DNA from: Octopus bimaculoides
Taxonomy: Eukaryota
Direction of reading: 5' to 3'
Length of the DNA stretch: 64,000 nt
Assembly: GCF_001194135.2 (NCBI RefSeq)
Contig: NC_068983.1
Location: forward strand, 152,894,273 to 152,958,272
Positions 10,650 to 24,350 of the stretch are shown here, in pieces. The notes beneath the pieces were generated by a model, which saw nothing but the letters and a program-made list of their open reading frames with translations, searched no databases and was not told where the DNA came from. Numbering within the stretch: the first letter of the stretch is position 1; every line of letters starts with the position of its first letter. Position numbers and translations under genes: made by a program.

Positions 10650-12300
10650 TATGGAATATCAGCAATAATTGTCAATCGGAGAATGACCTTGTCCTGGAGA
10701 AAAACCGCGATGACAACGAACATCCAGGAATGTCGGGTACCCAAGCGTGCCCTACCAGCTACTCCCAAGTGATTTGGCGTACTACCAAGTACCAACGGAA
10801 GTAGTCAGTCTCAAAATGTCCCACATGGATTCACTGATAATAGACTTCACCATGGAAAATTTCACGAGTAATTAATTCACAGCTATTATAAAAATGCATT
10901 ATGACAGGGTTCAGAAGTCGTGGCAGCCATGCAACCACTGCTAGCGGTAGACGGGAATCAGTCAGGAGGTTTCAAAACTGATGGAAGCAGGGGAAATCCA
11001 GTTTGCAGGGCATTCATGGATGACGTAATGGTTATAACACTATCAGTCGAAGAGACACAGTGGATATTGAGCTTACTGGAAAAGATAGCCACGTGATCAC
11101 GCCTTAAATTAAACCTAACCCAGCGAAATCTCGGAGCCTGAATATCCGTAAAGGAAATCTGACAAATTGCACCGTCAGCATTCAGGCCTCTGGCATTCCG
11201 ACAGTCCAAGAAAACAGATTTCGCTGCCCTTGGAAAAGTTACGATCGTAGTTATAAGGATATTGGCAATGCTGAAAACAGCAAATCCCGAGTCTAGGTTC
11301 AAAGTAAACACTACAATGCTTCTGACTGAGGATGAGAAAATCAGACGCAGCAACAAGACCATAAAGTGAGGCAGAAAGTGGAAACTTCAGTAAGGTGTAA
11401 AGGAAGCAGAGAAATACTGAAAACATTTGTTGGAGTAGTCGGTCAAGGACGGCTAGGATTGACTTTCCAATTACAGAACCAAGAGGAGAAACAACACCAA
11501 CTCTAGGAGAGAGCTCATAGTGCAAGTGCTTCGTGATACAAATGAGAAAGATCAATTTGGAGAAAGCAGAATGGTTTGCACACCAGGTTCAATGGACATT
11601 GTGGGACCAGGCTTTCGATAAGGCAGATGCAAGTAAAGTCATGACAAGTTTCTTGCAGAAATTGCCAATTAGACTAATTTGCAATGTGTGAAAGCTAACA
11701 AATACCAGCCACCACCACCACCACCACCACAACAACAACAACCACCATAGGGTATCAAATTCCTAAAGGAATCTAACTAAATCATGCAAGTGAACCTGAA
11801 GGGCAGACTTGTCTTTCTAGATGAGATAGTGGTAAATCACTTAGAGCAGACATATTCCTGCTCTTCAGGAATACAAAATTAATCACCGTGGTCTAACTCA
11901 TTGTGATCTGGGAAAACAGAAACGATATGTCCCTGCATGTAAAGAAATTGAAACATCAGAACTTAGTCGTCGAAGTCCCTGTCAAGGAATGGCATACAGT
12001 CTCATTCTCCATTGAAGTCGACTGCCATGGCTTTCCATCCGCGTGAGTAAGCTCTTTCCGGCAGGGGACAAGTCTGAAACCCAGACAACTGAAGAAAGCC
12101 ATCCGGGAAGTTGGCCCAATATCTGAAACTAGCTCAAAATGGTTACGTTTGATAATAATCCACAATTCTATAGGTGAAGACTAGCTCAGTCCTCACTGCT
12201 ACAACCAGGTAAAGTGTACAGGCTAAGGGCCGAAATGTCTGTGACCCCGAGATACCTACTGATGATGCAGAAGTGTTTCTAGTATTACAATAGATTAAGA
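10650..12300 (+). mobile_element. Decayed RLE-type LINE (HERO-like): RT to C-terminal endonuclease and 3' UTR
   Basis: SVPYQLL..LAYYQVPTEV (about 10745-10810), RAFMDD catalytic motif at 11007-11024, and KAEWFAHQVQWTLWDQ. The C-terminus reads IEVDCHGF...LKKAIREVGPISETSSKWL. Many stops and frameshifts; clade label from recalled motif patterns. Confidence 0.75.
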
Positions 12301-12370
12301 AGAGCTTTAAAACCACTGAGCAGCTCCTCCATTGTCTTCGTGGGGTAAAACATCTCTGATGTTCCTTTCC

Positions 12371-12505
<135 letters not shown>

Positions 12506-12633
12506 ATAATCAACTTTTTAGACATTCACGTAGTCCTAATTAAGAATATTTCTTTATAATTTCATGACAATAACCTTATGTTCACGTCATTAAAAATGAA
12601 ATGTCCGATTTTCTTATGCACCAAATTTGAAGT

Positions 12634-13637
12634 TCTGTTGAAATATCTGAATCACTATTGTTTCTCCCAAATATATATCGTGCATTGATTAGCACTCATT
12701 TATTGTTCACTTATTTCCTCAACATGCTATAGTATTAGTTACGTTAACACTATTGAATGTTAATGCTCTAAGCCAGTGATTCCCAAGGTGGGGCGTACGC
12801 CCCACTGGTGGGGCCTGAGAAAATTCAGGTGGGGCGCGGGGCATAGACGTGGGCTGTGAAAATATTTGTACATGACGAGCGGTCATCGCAGGCACAACCT
12901 TAGATTCCGTCTTTCCTTTGAAGCCTCCACATCGGAAACTCTCGCACCCCAGCGAGACAAAGAAGATCCCGCACTGAGCAATAAACTTACGCGCATCCCT
13001 ATACATGTAGCATGAATCACTACTGGCAGTAAATGATGCATGAAATTTTCATCGATAGGAACTGTCTCCTCAAATTAAAAACTTGTGCTGTATGCATCAG
13101 GCACAGGGTTCTCACTAAATTAGTCGAGCTGACCGTCAAATAATTGAACTGAAAAAACGTGTTTCTTTATTCTTCATAANNNNNNNNNNNNNNNNNNNNN
13201 NNNNNTGACATTTTTTAAAAACATGAGAAATCGTAATAATTTTATCGATTCATTGGGTGTTATGCACTTTTAGTGCCTGTTGTTTCAATTCTCAAGCTAT
13301 TTTTTTATTTTGAATACAATTTTTTAATTTTTGATTTTTTTCAATTGTAAGTAGGCCCACATGTACTTGTAAATGTGAGTGGACATGGGAAAAGGTGGGG
13401 CGTAAAAACTTTTGCTATGAAAAAGTGGGGCGCCGGGAAAAAAGGTTGGGAAACACTGCTCTAAGCACTTTGTTAACTTAAACACTTTTAACTTTCTGTA
13501 ACAGATTATAACATGACTTTTGTGTAATTTAGCGATAGTCGGAAGTCAACAGACAGGTATCTTCAACTAGTAGCTACAATTTATCAACTACGTACCTTAT
13601 AGTAAGGAAAACAAATATTCCAAAGACTACAAATAAT
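12634..13637 (+). repeat. Copy 1 of a ~310-bp duplicated segment, interrupted by the hAT MITE
   Basis: 12634-12773 plus 13467-13637 align with 14671-14979. Confidence 0.85.
12774..13458. mobile_element. hAT (Charlie-like) MITE, 685 bp
   Basis: TIRs CAGTGATTCCCAA / TTGGGAAACACTG and a perfect 8-bp TSD CTCTAAGC (12766-12773, 13459-13466). Empty paralogous site at 14802-14809. Confidence 0.92.
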
Positions 13638-14670
13638 GAAATGGCAAAATTGTGTTGATAATTTATGTGCATACTTTGATTAACAGTATTGTCTTTTGTT
13701 GAGATAAAGTAAAAGTTTCAGTTCAAAATCGGACATTTCATTTTTTATGACCTGATATATTACCTGCTATATATGGCAGATCTTTAATTGCATAAACAGC
13801 TAAAAAATAACTGATTTGTCTGTTCCGCACTTATAGGAATAGTTAGCACGATATTTGTATGCTGACTAGGTTAAATAACTTTGCAGTTTTAGTAATGAAG
13901 GGAGGTCAGATGTTTATATCTGTTCTTTTGATAATACCAAAAACATATTAAATCGAGAAGAGATATCATTAACTAACGATACAGTAGGCTGATATATAAT
14001 AAAAACAGAACTGATAAATCACAACTAAATATACGAATGAAGTATTTGTAGGACGCATAGGACAAAATATATATTGAAGGAATGCTATTTCATTATTCAT
14101 TGCCAGTTTTGTGATACTTTGCGCCTTTTCTAAAGTGCACAAGGACAAAGCTAAACGAGTGATGTGTTTTTGACCCACAACAAATCGTGTTTCGTGATGC
14201 ACATTTAAAGATTGGAAGCATTTAGCTTATATAAAATATAAATCTGAACCCCCAGCTAAGATATCATAAAGACCACGATTCTAAATTCTGAACAAGACAT
14301 TAACTATGATAACCTAATTAAATCATATTTCTTTCCTTGATTAAGATATTACTGACATTTTCGTCAATGAAATATGTCGAGCAGAACTCCAATTCGATTG
14401 AAACGTCTCTAAATATTAATACACGTCTCAGTTTCGGACAGATCTATCCGCCATTAATTATCCTTTAATTTCAATTGGAAGAACAGAAATTCCACTTTAA
14501 TATGTTTCATCTTTATTAGTGTGGCAATATGATACACCGTAGATTAAGGTGACTGAATATAATCAATATGTCAGACAGCAAAGTTTATGCATCCTATCCA
14601 CAACATTGTTCTTATAGAAAGGTATCGTCTTCAACAAAGTTTATTCTTCTACAGTAAGTGTTAAGACGTC

Positions 14671-14979
14671 CTGTTGAAATGTCGGAATCACTATTATTTC
14701 TCCCAAATGTATATCGTGTATTGTTTAGCGCTCATTTATTGTTCACTTGTTTCCTCAACATGTTATATTATTAGTTAGGTTAACACTATCGAATGTTAAT
14801 GCTCTAAGCACTTTGTTGACTAAAACACTTTTAACTCTCTGTTATAGGTATAACATGACTTTGGTGCAATTTACCGATAGTTGGAAGTCAATAGATAAGT
14901 ATCTTCAACTAGTAGCTACAATTTATCGGCTACTTTCCCTATAGTAAGGAAAACGAATATTCCAAAGACTACAGATAAT
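14671..14979 (+). repeat. Copy 2 of the duplicated segment (MITE-empty)
   Basis: Contains a single CTCTAAGC with both MITE flanks contiguous. Confidence 0.85.
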
Positions 14980-15589
14980 ATTTTAAGTTCGAAATGTAAT
15001 TGACATGATATATATAGATAATTTACGAAAGGTAGTTTCCAAATTTTTCCTGTAAGTCAAATACATGTTGAAATTTGGGTAAACCTGCATAGAGATAGCA
15101 ATATAAAGCATAGTAATCTCTGGTGTATACAGGAAATCAGGTCAAAAATTAAATATGTGAAGCATCGAAGGCATATATAACTACGAAATAAATTGCATAC
15201 ACTTCATATATATATTTAATAAATATGAAAGTAAGTAATAGTATATTTTGTAGTACGCAGGCGTAAAATATGTTTCTATGTGCATGGTGGCTGAATGTGC
15301 TGCATTTCAGTGATAATGTTAATGGTGAGAGAAATTTCATAATTGATGTCGATATAAATAATATTGAAAGAAGATTGACATTTTGAACATGCTTGTAATT
15401 AAATTTATGAATTAAAAATGTAAATTTATGCAAATGTGATGCTGTGTGAAACAGCGTTAACGCAACACACGCCATCAAATATTCTAAATGTACGAACTTC
15501 CGAGTAATTAACCATACATTTAAATACGTTTGGACTACATGATGTTCAGAAAGTTTGTTAAAAACGCCATGAAGTTATATATGCATATG

Positions 15590-15604
15590 TATGTGTGTGT
15601 GTAT

Positions 15605-15689
<85 letters not shown>

Positions 15690-15690
15690 T
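15590..15690. repeat. (TG)n microsatellite
   Basis: Direct reading. Confidence 0.95.
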
Positions 15691-16329
15691 GTGCTGTGCG
15701 TTCACTATAAAACTGGATCTTCTTCTGTGATGAGTTCCGGAGGAAACTACTTCCTTGCAGGAAATGCAGATTAGCCAGCAACATCTAGCTCTTTCGTTCA
15801 CCAAATGCCACATACCAGAGGAAGTTTGGTGGTTTGAAGTAGCAAAAGTGTAGCAAGGCTAATGGTGGTTCCTTAGCATGACCACAGCTCTCAAGCAAAG
15901 ATTATAAATATAACCGTTGTCACCACCTTCGAATCTTAACTCCACACTTGTAATTGTTTAAACTTTTTCTCTCATATATTATACTGTTTTCCTTACTTCG
16001 TATCCGTTGATTTTCTGATTTCTTGCAACGCTCACACCTTTCCTTCTTTCACATCACACTCAATTCTACTCACCCTAGATCGCTGAGCTGTACCCTGCAC
16101 TGCTTGACCATCTGCACCCATCTACTATGGACACAATTCCCCAACTCTTTCTCTTTTCTGAACTCCTTCCCATAGAACTGCCTTCCCAACCGACCCCTAA
16201 ACCATCTTCTTCTTAGATGGCTAAATATTATTTCTTTTCTACATGAACTAATTTTTCTGAAGATCTACCGTAGTCTACTACTTCATAAATGTTAGCTTGC
16301 ATGTTTTCACACGTGCATACATGCATAAT

Positions 16330-16445
16330 TAGACATACATAGACTGACAGACATATAGACAGATAGATAAATATACTACGGGTTTCTTTCAGTGTGGATT
16401 TGGTAAGTCTAGTCCTATAGAAGAAGACACTTGCTTAAGTTACTA
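16330..16445 (-). mobile_element. SINE family C fragment
   Basis: TACGGGTTTCTTTCAGT...TATAGAAGAAGACACTTGC. Confidence 0.5.
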
Positions 16446-17224
16446 CCTCTACGCCTGTTCGCACTAAATACAATAGTGACAACGTAAATTCACGTACATC
16501 TTAGCATACGAGTGCTCACACATACATATCCAAATAAATATACACTAGCACATAAGCATCCCCAAATGTACGCATATGTGCTTCTGTGTGTGTATTTTTA
16601 TGAGAATGGTAAAGATATTTTTTTCACTTTCACAAACACGCTCGTGGTATTAATTATTTTAGTGACACTTATAGAATACTTGTTTAAAGAGGGATATTTA
16701 ATAATACTAAGTCTAATTAAAAGATAGGTACGGCGTAAATAAGAAGAAAAATTGAACCAACGCTCCCTCTAACAGCATACAATAAAGTATATATATAAAG
16801 TACTGTTCCGTGATAGAAAATTCAACAAAAAAATGCACTCCATCTGGTGAGGGATAACTTTTATTTGTTTAAAGGAAACAAAGCACGTCTTTAAATGCTA
16901 CTGATAGCTTCATATGAGACAGAAAATGTCACTTGTATTTGAACACTATGCAAATGTTCTTTGAAAAAAACTTTTCTTTTAATTTTTCCAAAACTTAATT
17001 GTTTTCTATATTTACATTTGANNNNNNNNNNNNNNNNNNNNNNNNNNNNNNNNNNNNNNNNNNNNNNNNNNNNNNNNNNNNNNNNNNNNNNNNNNNNNNN
17101 NNNNNNNNNNNNNNNNNNNNNNNNNNNNNNNNNNNNNNNNNNNNNNNNNNNNNNNNNNNNNNNNNNNNNNNNNNNNNNNNNNNNNNNNNNCATACATACA
17201 TACATACATACATACATGCATACA

Positions 17225-17255
<31 letters not shown>

Positions 17256-17489
17256 GTATGTGTGTTTACATATTTATGTAAGTATATTGAAATGTACTAA
17301 TTAAGCAGAGAATGTGGTACCGCTCTATTTATATCATAGAGTAAATTATTCAATTTGCAAGCAAATGAATTTTCTCATACCTATCTCAAATTTTAGTCGT
17401 ACGAGTTGCAAGGGCGTGGAATCTGATTAATCGATATAACACACTTTAGACATTTTGATGCGTGCATCAGTCTGTGAGCTAGTACAATC

Positions 17490-17670
17490 GTTAACACGTC
17501 GGTGAAAATACTTCGTGGCTTTTCTTACGTCCGTGTTCAAATTCCATTGATGTTGCCTTTAATCTTTTCGTGGCTGATAAATTAAGTACCAGTTAAACAT
17601 TCAGGTCCGTGTAATCGATTTTCCCCTTCCCACCAACTTTCTGGCCTTACACCAACATTTCAAATCAATA
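17490..17670 (+). mobile_element. Decayed tRNA-derived SINE, family B
   Basis: GTTCAAATTCC B box and GCCTTT..TCTTTTCG..G.TGATAAATTAAGTACCAG core, as at 38509. Confidence 0.55.
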
Positions 17671-18189
17671 TTTTTATGTGTGTGAGTACAATCATATTTT
17701 TATGTTCGTTACTTGCAATTACCATACTTCAATATTTCTTAAGTAATTGTTTCTTCTCATTATTAAGTTACGTTTTAATTGATGTCCTCTAGTCACAAAC
17801 TATGACAAACTATAATATATTATACGCCCAAAACCTTGTTTTTACTTCGTTAAATCTTTCGTCATTCGCGTTGCTTCTTTTTTTAGAGAGAAAAAAATAG
17901 TAATATAAGACCCTTTTAATTCATTCCCACTAAAATATATTAATTTAATTTTATGTATAAATTACATACACACACGATCATACACTCACAACTACACGCA
18001 CGCACACATCTATATACGCACATATATAAACATTAGGGTATTTCAATTTTATTTCATTTTGAATGTGCGAACAATTATACATGCGGCTGGTAAAATAATT
18101 TGATCTGTTCATTTTTATTCATATTATCTCTTGTTATAACAGTAGCTGTGTATTTCTCAGTGTTGCAATCCCCATACATTAACTCTATC

Positions 18190-18420
18190 AACGTTCTAAT
18201 CCCTTCTCGCTCCTTCCTCGGCTGTGTGGTAAGAAATCTGATTCCGAACCTGCATTGAAGAGCTGTGCGGCTTTGAATCCTAGGTTATTGCAGGATCTTG
18301 TCCTGAATTTAGATAGATTGTATAGTTCCTTCGGTACTGTACATTGGCGGCCAGTACTGGCATTTGCATAACCCTCAAAGCGAAAATTAAGTACTAACCC
18401 TTCTAGTGTTAGATAATTAC
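18190..18420 (-). mobile_element. LINE ORF2 C-terminal fragment
   Basis: GRQCTVPK..FRTRSCNNLGFKAAQLFNA resembles the post-RT tail of APE-type LINEs. Clade uncertain. Confidence 0.45.
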
Positions 18421-18699
18421 ATATTAGACAATTGCATATCTGTAGATAATTAGATATCTGTCGCACCCATACTCCAGGGAATAAAGTTGCAGTTTTTTAG
18501 TCTCACTCTGTAGCTCATGCGCTACAATCTTTCAATCTTTTTAGTGTAGTGGTGACCATAACTGGGAGCAAAGTAAGCCCATAACTGTAAAACGAGGTGG
18601 GAAAAAAATAGTACTCGAATACTGGAGGAAGATTAACATGCTTTATTATTATTATTAAAGCTGCAAAAACATCTATCACAATAAACTGCTACTCAATAT

Positions 18700-19220
18700 T
18701 TGTTTTTTTTTTTCTTGCACGTTGGTAGAGAGAATTGTTTGTTTCGCCAATGTAATTTTCCTTGCAGATCATGTTTGCATTTACCTTAAGCGAGAATCCG
18801 CTCTTGAATTTTAGGTGATACCCACTTTCTAAATATTTAAAGTTGCTCATGTTGTTGCAAGTTCCACATCTGCAATCTCCACATGCTGCTATGGAGAATT
18901 CTGATTCATTCTCTGATGTGAAGTTTGCTCTTGTGAGGTGTTTTTTTTTAGATATTTTGGTTGGCGTCTACTGTTATGTATTGGGTTTTTATCAATCAGA
19001 TTTTTCATTTTGGGGCATTGTAGATGTATAGGTAGGTTTGATTATATGGTGTGAAAGATGTTGACTGCCCCAGAATTGTGCGTATTGATAAATGGAATAG
19101 TGTGTTCATTGCTTTTTTCCTTTGGTGTCCTTAGCTGTATGATGCTCAGTTTCATCGCCTTGTAAAATCCATTCTTTATTAATTATAAGGGGTATTTCTG
19201 TCGAATTATCTTATCCAAGC
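18700..19220 (-). mobile_element. Penelope-like element relic (RT thumb/linker to GIY-YIG)
   Basis: Frameshifted LTRANFTSE..ACGDCRCGTC...KVNANMICKENYIGET. Confidence 0.7.
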
Positions 19221-19794
19221 AAGCAGGAAAAATAAATCCTACAAAGGGATGAAGGATACTGAAAAATATATTTAAGCAGGCCCTGCTTTTTCATCCTACA
19301 GAGTGACTCCCATGTAAATATACAATATACATATTAATACAAAAGTCATCTATGATGTTTGATTAAGTATACATAGAGAACAGATTGAATTATAAACAGT
19401 TCCAAATTATTTTTTTTATATTCTGACTTTATTTTCCTAATTTATGAACGTTGTACTAATATTCAATGTTCGTGCATGAAAAACATGGAATTACACAGAA
19501 TATGGGACTTGACTATACAAGTGTAATGGAATATAAATGTTTCATAGGAATTCAAACTTTTATATTTTTCAGAGAATATCGCACCCACCCAACTTTTCTT
19601 CTTTCCCATCCTACTACCTAAAATTGACATCCTGAAAGGTCATCAACCCATGTGAGAAATGCGTGTTTATCTACAAATACGTTGGTAGGTATACAATAGA
19701 AAGAGAAAAAGAAGGAGAAAAAGAAAATTGTTTTGTAATGAAATTTCAATGGATTGACCGCATCGAATTGAAAAGAAGCCTCTTTCTCTCTCTT

Positions 19795-19795
19795 A

Positions 19796-19859
<64 letters not shown>

Positions 19860-19860
19860 G
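19795..19860. repeat. (TATC)n microsatellite
   Basis: Direct reading. Confidence 0.95.
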
Positions 19861-19888
19861 CCTGCCTGTCTGGCTGGGTGTCTATCTA

Positions 19889-21155
19889 TTAGGTCGTCAA
19901 GTATAAAATTTGTAGAAAAGAACAAAAAGTTTTCGAATATTTCATAAATACAAAGAATAGTTTTATTCATCAAAGTATGCCATATATTGTCAATACACTT
20001 TTTCCATTTCAGTGGTAGCTTGTCCATTCCGGAACTGTAAATGCATGGCAATGTAGAGTCAATCAAATCTTGGAAGGCCTGTTTAACAGCATCGTCGGAA
20101 TTAAATGTTTTCCTATCAAAAATGTATCCAAATTCTGGAAAAAGTGATAGTCAGTGGGAGCACGATTGGGTGAGTATGGTGGATGATGAAATTACAGCTC
20201 CAACTCCTGGAGTTTCGCCAATGTCATTTTTGCGATGTTTGGTCAGGCGTTATCTTGCAATAAAATAGGTGTAGATGTGCTGACTAGTCTAGGATGTTTT
20301 CTTTTTGTAAGTTTATGCATCATTTGGTCCAGTTGGCTGTAGTATACATTGGCCGTGTTTCATGAGCCAGGTTTAACGAAATCATAATGGACCAACGCTG
20401 CGCCAGACCACCAAACGCACACCATCAGCTTCTTTTGATGATTTTTGCTTTTCGGACTGTGTTTGATGGCTCATCTTTGTCCAACCATTGTGCTGAATGG
20501 TTACGGTTGTTGTACTGGATCCATTTCCCAGCACATGTTATAATTCGATTAAAAAATGATTCAATTTTGTGACGAGAAAGTAGCATAATGTACACTTCCA
20601 AACTTTGCTGTTTATGTTTTTCATTGAGTACATGTGGAATCCACTTATCCAACTGTTTCATTTTACCGATATGAAGTAGCTGAGTCAATATTGTTTGCTT
20701 GCTAACAACGATCATTCACGGGCACTTTGAGACGGAACTGACTCAACGGTCGCTTTCAGTTCGTCATTATCTACCCTTGTTTCTGGTCGACTGCGTTGCT
20801 CTTTTGTGAGGTCAAAGCTACCAGAACGAAATTTTGCAAAACAATTTGATACTGTCTGCTGTGTAATAACATCAGAATGAAATACTCCCTTAATATTCTG
20901 AATCTACCGTGATGCTCTATTTCCAAAAGAGAACTCATATTTCAACACTGTACGAATTTCCGATTTATCCATCTGTAAAGAGAAATAGCAAAAAACGATT
21001 TATAAGTACTTTATAAAGCGAAAAAGGATTTAGAATAAATAGATATGTCGGCTTTCTAACAAAAAATAAAAGTTGGCAAAATATAATAATCGTGCAAAAT
21101 GAGCAGCTGTCAAAGTTTATCATATATTTTACTACAAATTTCATACTTACCCTAA
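19889..21155 (-). mobile_element. Full-length decayed mariner transposon (1267 bp)
   Basis: Imperfect TIRs TTAGG..AAGTAT(A/G)AAATTTGTAG at both ends with TA duplications (19887-88, 21156-57). ATG at 20972 reads MDKSEIRTVLKYEF...KFRSG. Later motifs are WIPHVL, RIITCAGKWIQY (first catalytic D lost), HPPYSPNRAPTDYHFF and KWKKCID. In-frame stops present. Confidence 0.92.
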
Positions 21156-22524
21156 TATCTGTCTGTCTGTCTGTCTTTCCTTTTCTCATCCTGTCTTATT
21201 TTTTCACTTTTTCTTGATTTTCTTAAAAATTCTATTTCCACCTCTTTGCTTTTTTCTCTCTTTCATCCTTTTTCCAAAATAAAAATAAAAAACATTTTTT
21301 CTTCTCTTCTAAACAAGGCAAAAATGCATCCGATTCATATATATCAACAACGAAACGTTCTGTTTTTTTTTTGTTTTAATTTCGATTTTGTCTTGACGTG
21401 TTCGATAAACGAACGAAAGTTATCCAAAATTCTGACTTTTTTTTGTCTGTGTTTGTCCTACATCACTGCTTCGCAATTGGTCTTTGTGTATTTATATCCA
21501 GGTAACTTAACGATTCCTCGAAAGAGAAAGAGAATATGTACAAGACATTAAAAAGATAACTTCTCTGATCGATTCATTCGACTAAATATGCTTCAAGGTG
21601 AAGCCTTAACATGGCCGAAGTCTACCTCCTGAAATAAGTAAAAGATAGAATATGTAAGAGTGCGAAATAAAACCACCGGGAGTGAGGAACCCATAAACAT
21701 CGTCACAGCATCCTTGTAGTAGAGGGAAACTCTGCAGAAAAACCCAGCTGTTTCACGTGATAACTGATCATCTCGCTTCAACCTATCACCAGGTGCTAAT
21801 CACAGAGACTCAGAGAGTGGTACTCGTGTTTTACAGATAATTATCACTATATTCCACTAAGGTACAGATATGTCTCTTTAGGCTGACCGCTTTTGTCATT
21901 TCATCTTTTGAAAATACTACGGCAATGGAAGAATGGGAACGCGTGCATATCACTTAGAATTGCACAGAAATTTACAACATTCATTTGCACGTATGCTTTA
22001 AACCATGCAGATTTTGCAGGATATTGATAACAAAGAAGCACAAGGAGACGATAGTAATCTGTGAAGATGCAGTAATCAGTTATTAATATAAGGATTTGTG
22101 CCTTGTATTTCTGGGCAACTGGCTTCATTTCATGCTGTCCTAATCCGCATAGATTAAAATAGAAGCTTAGTGCTAGTGCTAGAGAGAGCTTTCTTCCTTC
22201 AGCTGTATTATCTACTACGTTCCGTTGCGACAAATCTTCCAAGGCTGGAGTGTTTTTATCACTGTTTGTGTCTATATAGGTACCGAAAGTAATTAACACG
22301 AGCAAGGTGCATACTATCTATTCAACATTGTGCATAACTGCCAAATCACTCACATTCAAACTCTGTTTCATTTATCTCTCTCTATCATTCTCTCAGAAAA
22401 TCTTCTCTGGATAGAACCATTATTAACACAAATCGCTTTATACATATATAACCATTCCAAAACATGCTTACTGATATACGCATTATATTCATCCAGAAAG
22501 TGATAAAAGCGCTGCAAAATGCGA

Positions 22525-22529
<5 letters not shown>

Positions 22530-22595
<66 letters not shown>
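22530..22595. repeat. (CA)n microsatellite
   Basis: Direct reading. Confidence 0.95.
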
Positions 22596-22597
<2 letters not shown>

Positions 22598-23279
22598 CAC
22601 ACCTTTACGAACAGACATATATAATTACAAATACATGAAAGCATACTAACATCCATACATACAAGTGTGTAAGAGCGTGTGTTTATAACAGATATGCGCA
22701 TACAAAACTGCTCAGCCTACGTTTATTAGGAAACCGCTACTTCTACGGACATAAATTTAACTACGATGTGTGTATAATAACATTGTTATCTTGAGAGACA
22801 AAAATATTAACATTATACTCGTAAGACAATCATACGAATATGGGTTCACGCGCATACACATAAAACCATCCTCACACAAACACCAGGATAGAAACACACA
22901 TAATAAAATATGAAAAAGTCGTTTTCAAATTGAGATTTTTTTGTAAATAATAATCAAAACTAAAAATCAATAGAAATAACGCAGAACTTAATGATAGCAA
23001 CTGTTTATATCATTCCCTTTCTTTCTCTATCGCATTTTCTGTCTTTTCTACCACTCTTCCTTTTTCTTATTTTTGCAATATCTATTTTTCTTCTGACGTC
23101 CATTTTTTTTTTTAAATTCTTATTTTGGTTTTTATTTGTCTTGTTATTATGCAATTAGATATAGAACCTGTGGCAAATGAAATTTAAGTGTTTCGATAAT
23201 GGTAAGAAAAATAAGAGAACAAAATGTAATAAAAATAATTGATGTTAATAATAATAATAATTATGGTATTACGGTAATG

Positions 23280-23285
23280 TTGCTG

Positions 23286-23362
<77 letters not shown>

Positions 23363-23410
23363 ACTACTACTACTACTACTACTACTATTACTACTACTAC
23401 TACTACTACT
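23280..23410. repeat. (CTA)n/(CTG)n trinucleotide array
   Basis: Direct reading. Confidence 0.95.
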
Positions 23411-23929
23411 GTATTTGCTAGAAGACAATGGAAGCAGAGACATTGCAAAGACAATTTTCAATATAACGACAACAGCAACGACACAGAAACGTAACCACTG
23501 TACATTATTGTATTGAATAATGTATTCTATGCAATAGAATACGTTGTAAGGTTACATAAAATTTGAGTAAACTGTAAAATGAAAGAAACAACAATTAAGG
23601 TTATGTTTCTGTATATGTATTGAAACATCCGAGAGCTGCTCGTAGAATTTCCATAGAATGATAGGCTCTCTGATCAATAGAGCAATTCTCTCAAAATATA
23701 TATCTACTTCTGTTTACAGGTGCCTACTCAGAAGAGACCCTTTCACACGGACCTTCCTTTCTAATCACAACTTACTTTCAGGAAATTTGCTTTAAGGTAG
23801 CAGTTCATTCTCTCCTCGCGCCGAACTTTTCAAGTGAAGCTTGAAAACATTGATGAGGTGATGGCCGAAGAGGGAGACGTATGTCTCTAACGCTTTCAGT
23901 CTATTACACAAGCTCTTTCACTTAGACAA

Positions 23930-24350
23930 CGGGGGGAAACAAAAAGTACTGACAGTCATTCTCATGTAATAGGTAGGGAAGACGGTCTTAAAAAACAACA
24001 CGGCTGATATCCAGATGCACCCTACAGGTAGCTGCAGCTGTTCGGTGCAACTCCACAAATCAGCAACGCTCGGGCACGGGACCACTGCGTGCAGTTTTCT
24101 GCGGGCATGGATCTCGGACAAATCAGACCAACAACCCTTCCATGCCTGTAGAGTTTACCTTACATCATTGACACTTCCAGGTCAAACATTTCTAGATATT
24201 CTCTATGGGCCCTGGTTCGAAAGTCTTCTGGAACAGACCAGCCAGTTGATTTTCGTTGACGTCTAGAGTATACTTAAGAACTTTACCATTCTTACCTGAC
24301 TCTGAACCTCAAAATAACTTTTATGGGGAAGTTCCATCGACCTTAATGGT
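23930..24350 (+). mobile_element. Possible heavily decayed L1/Tx1-like ORF2 (post-RT) fragment
   Basis: GC-richer segment. IQMHPTG and LRAWI...FHACRVYLTSLTLPGQT loosely match Tx1-like ORF2. Confidence 0.3.

Noticed and set aside
12225-12270. GAAA...CTGATGA in the LINE 3' UTR as a type-II hammerhead
   Set aside because: No pairing for stems II or III could be drawn.
21901-22305. 134-aa minus-strand ORF
   Set aside because: No recognisable motif, splice context or codon pattern.
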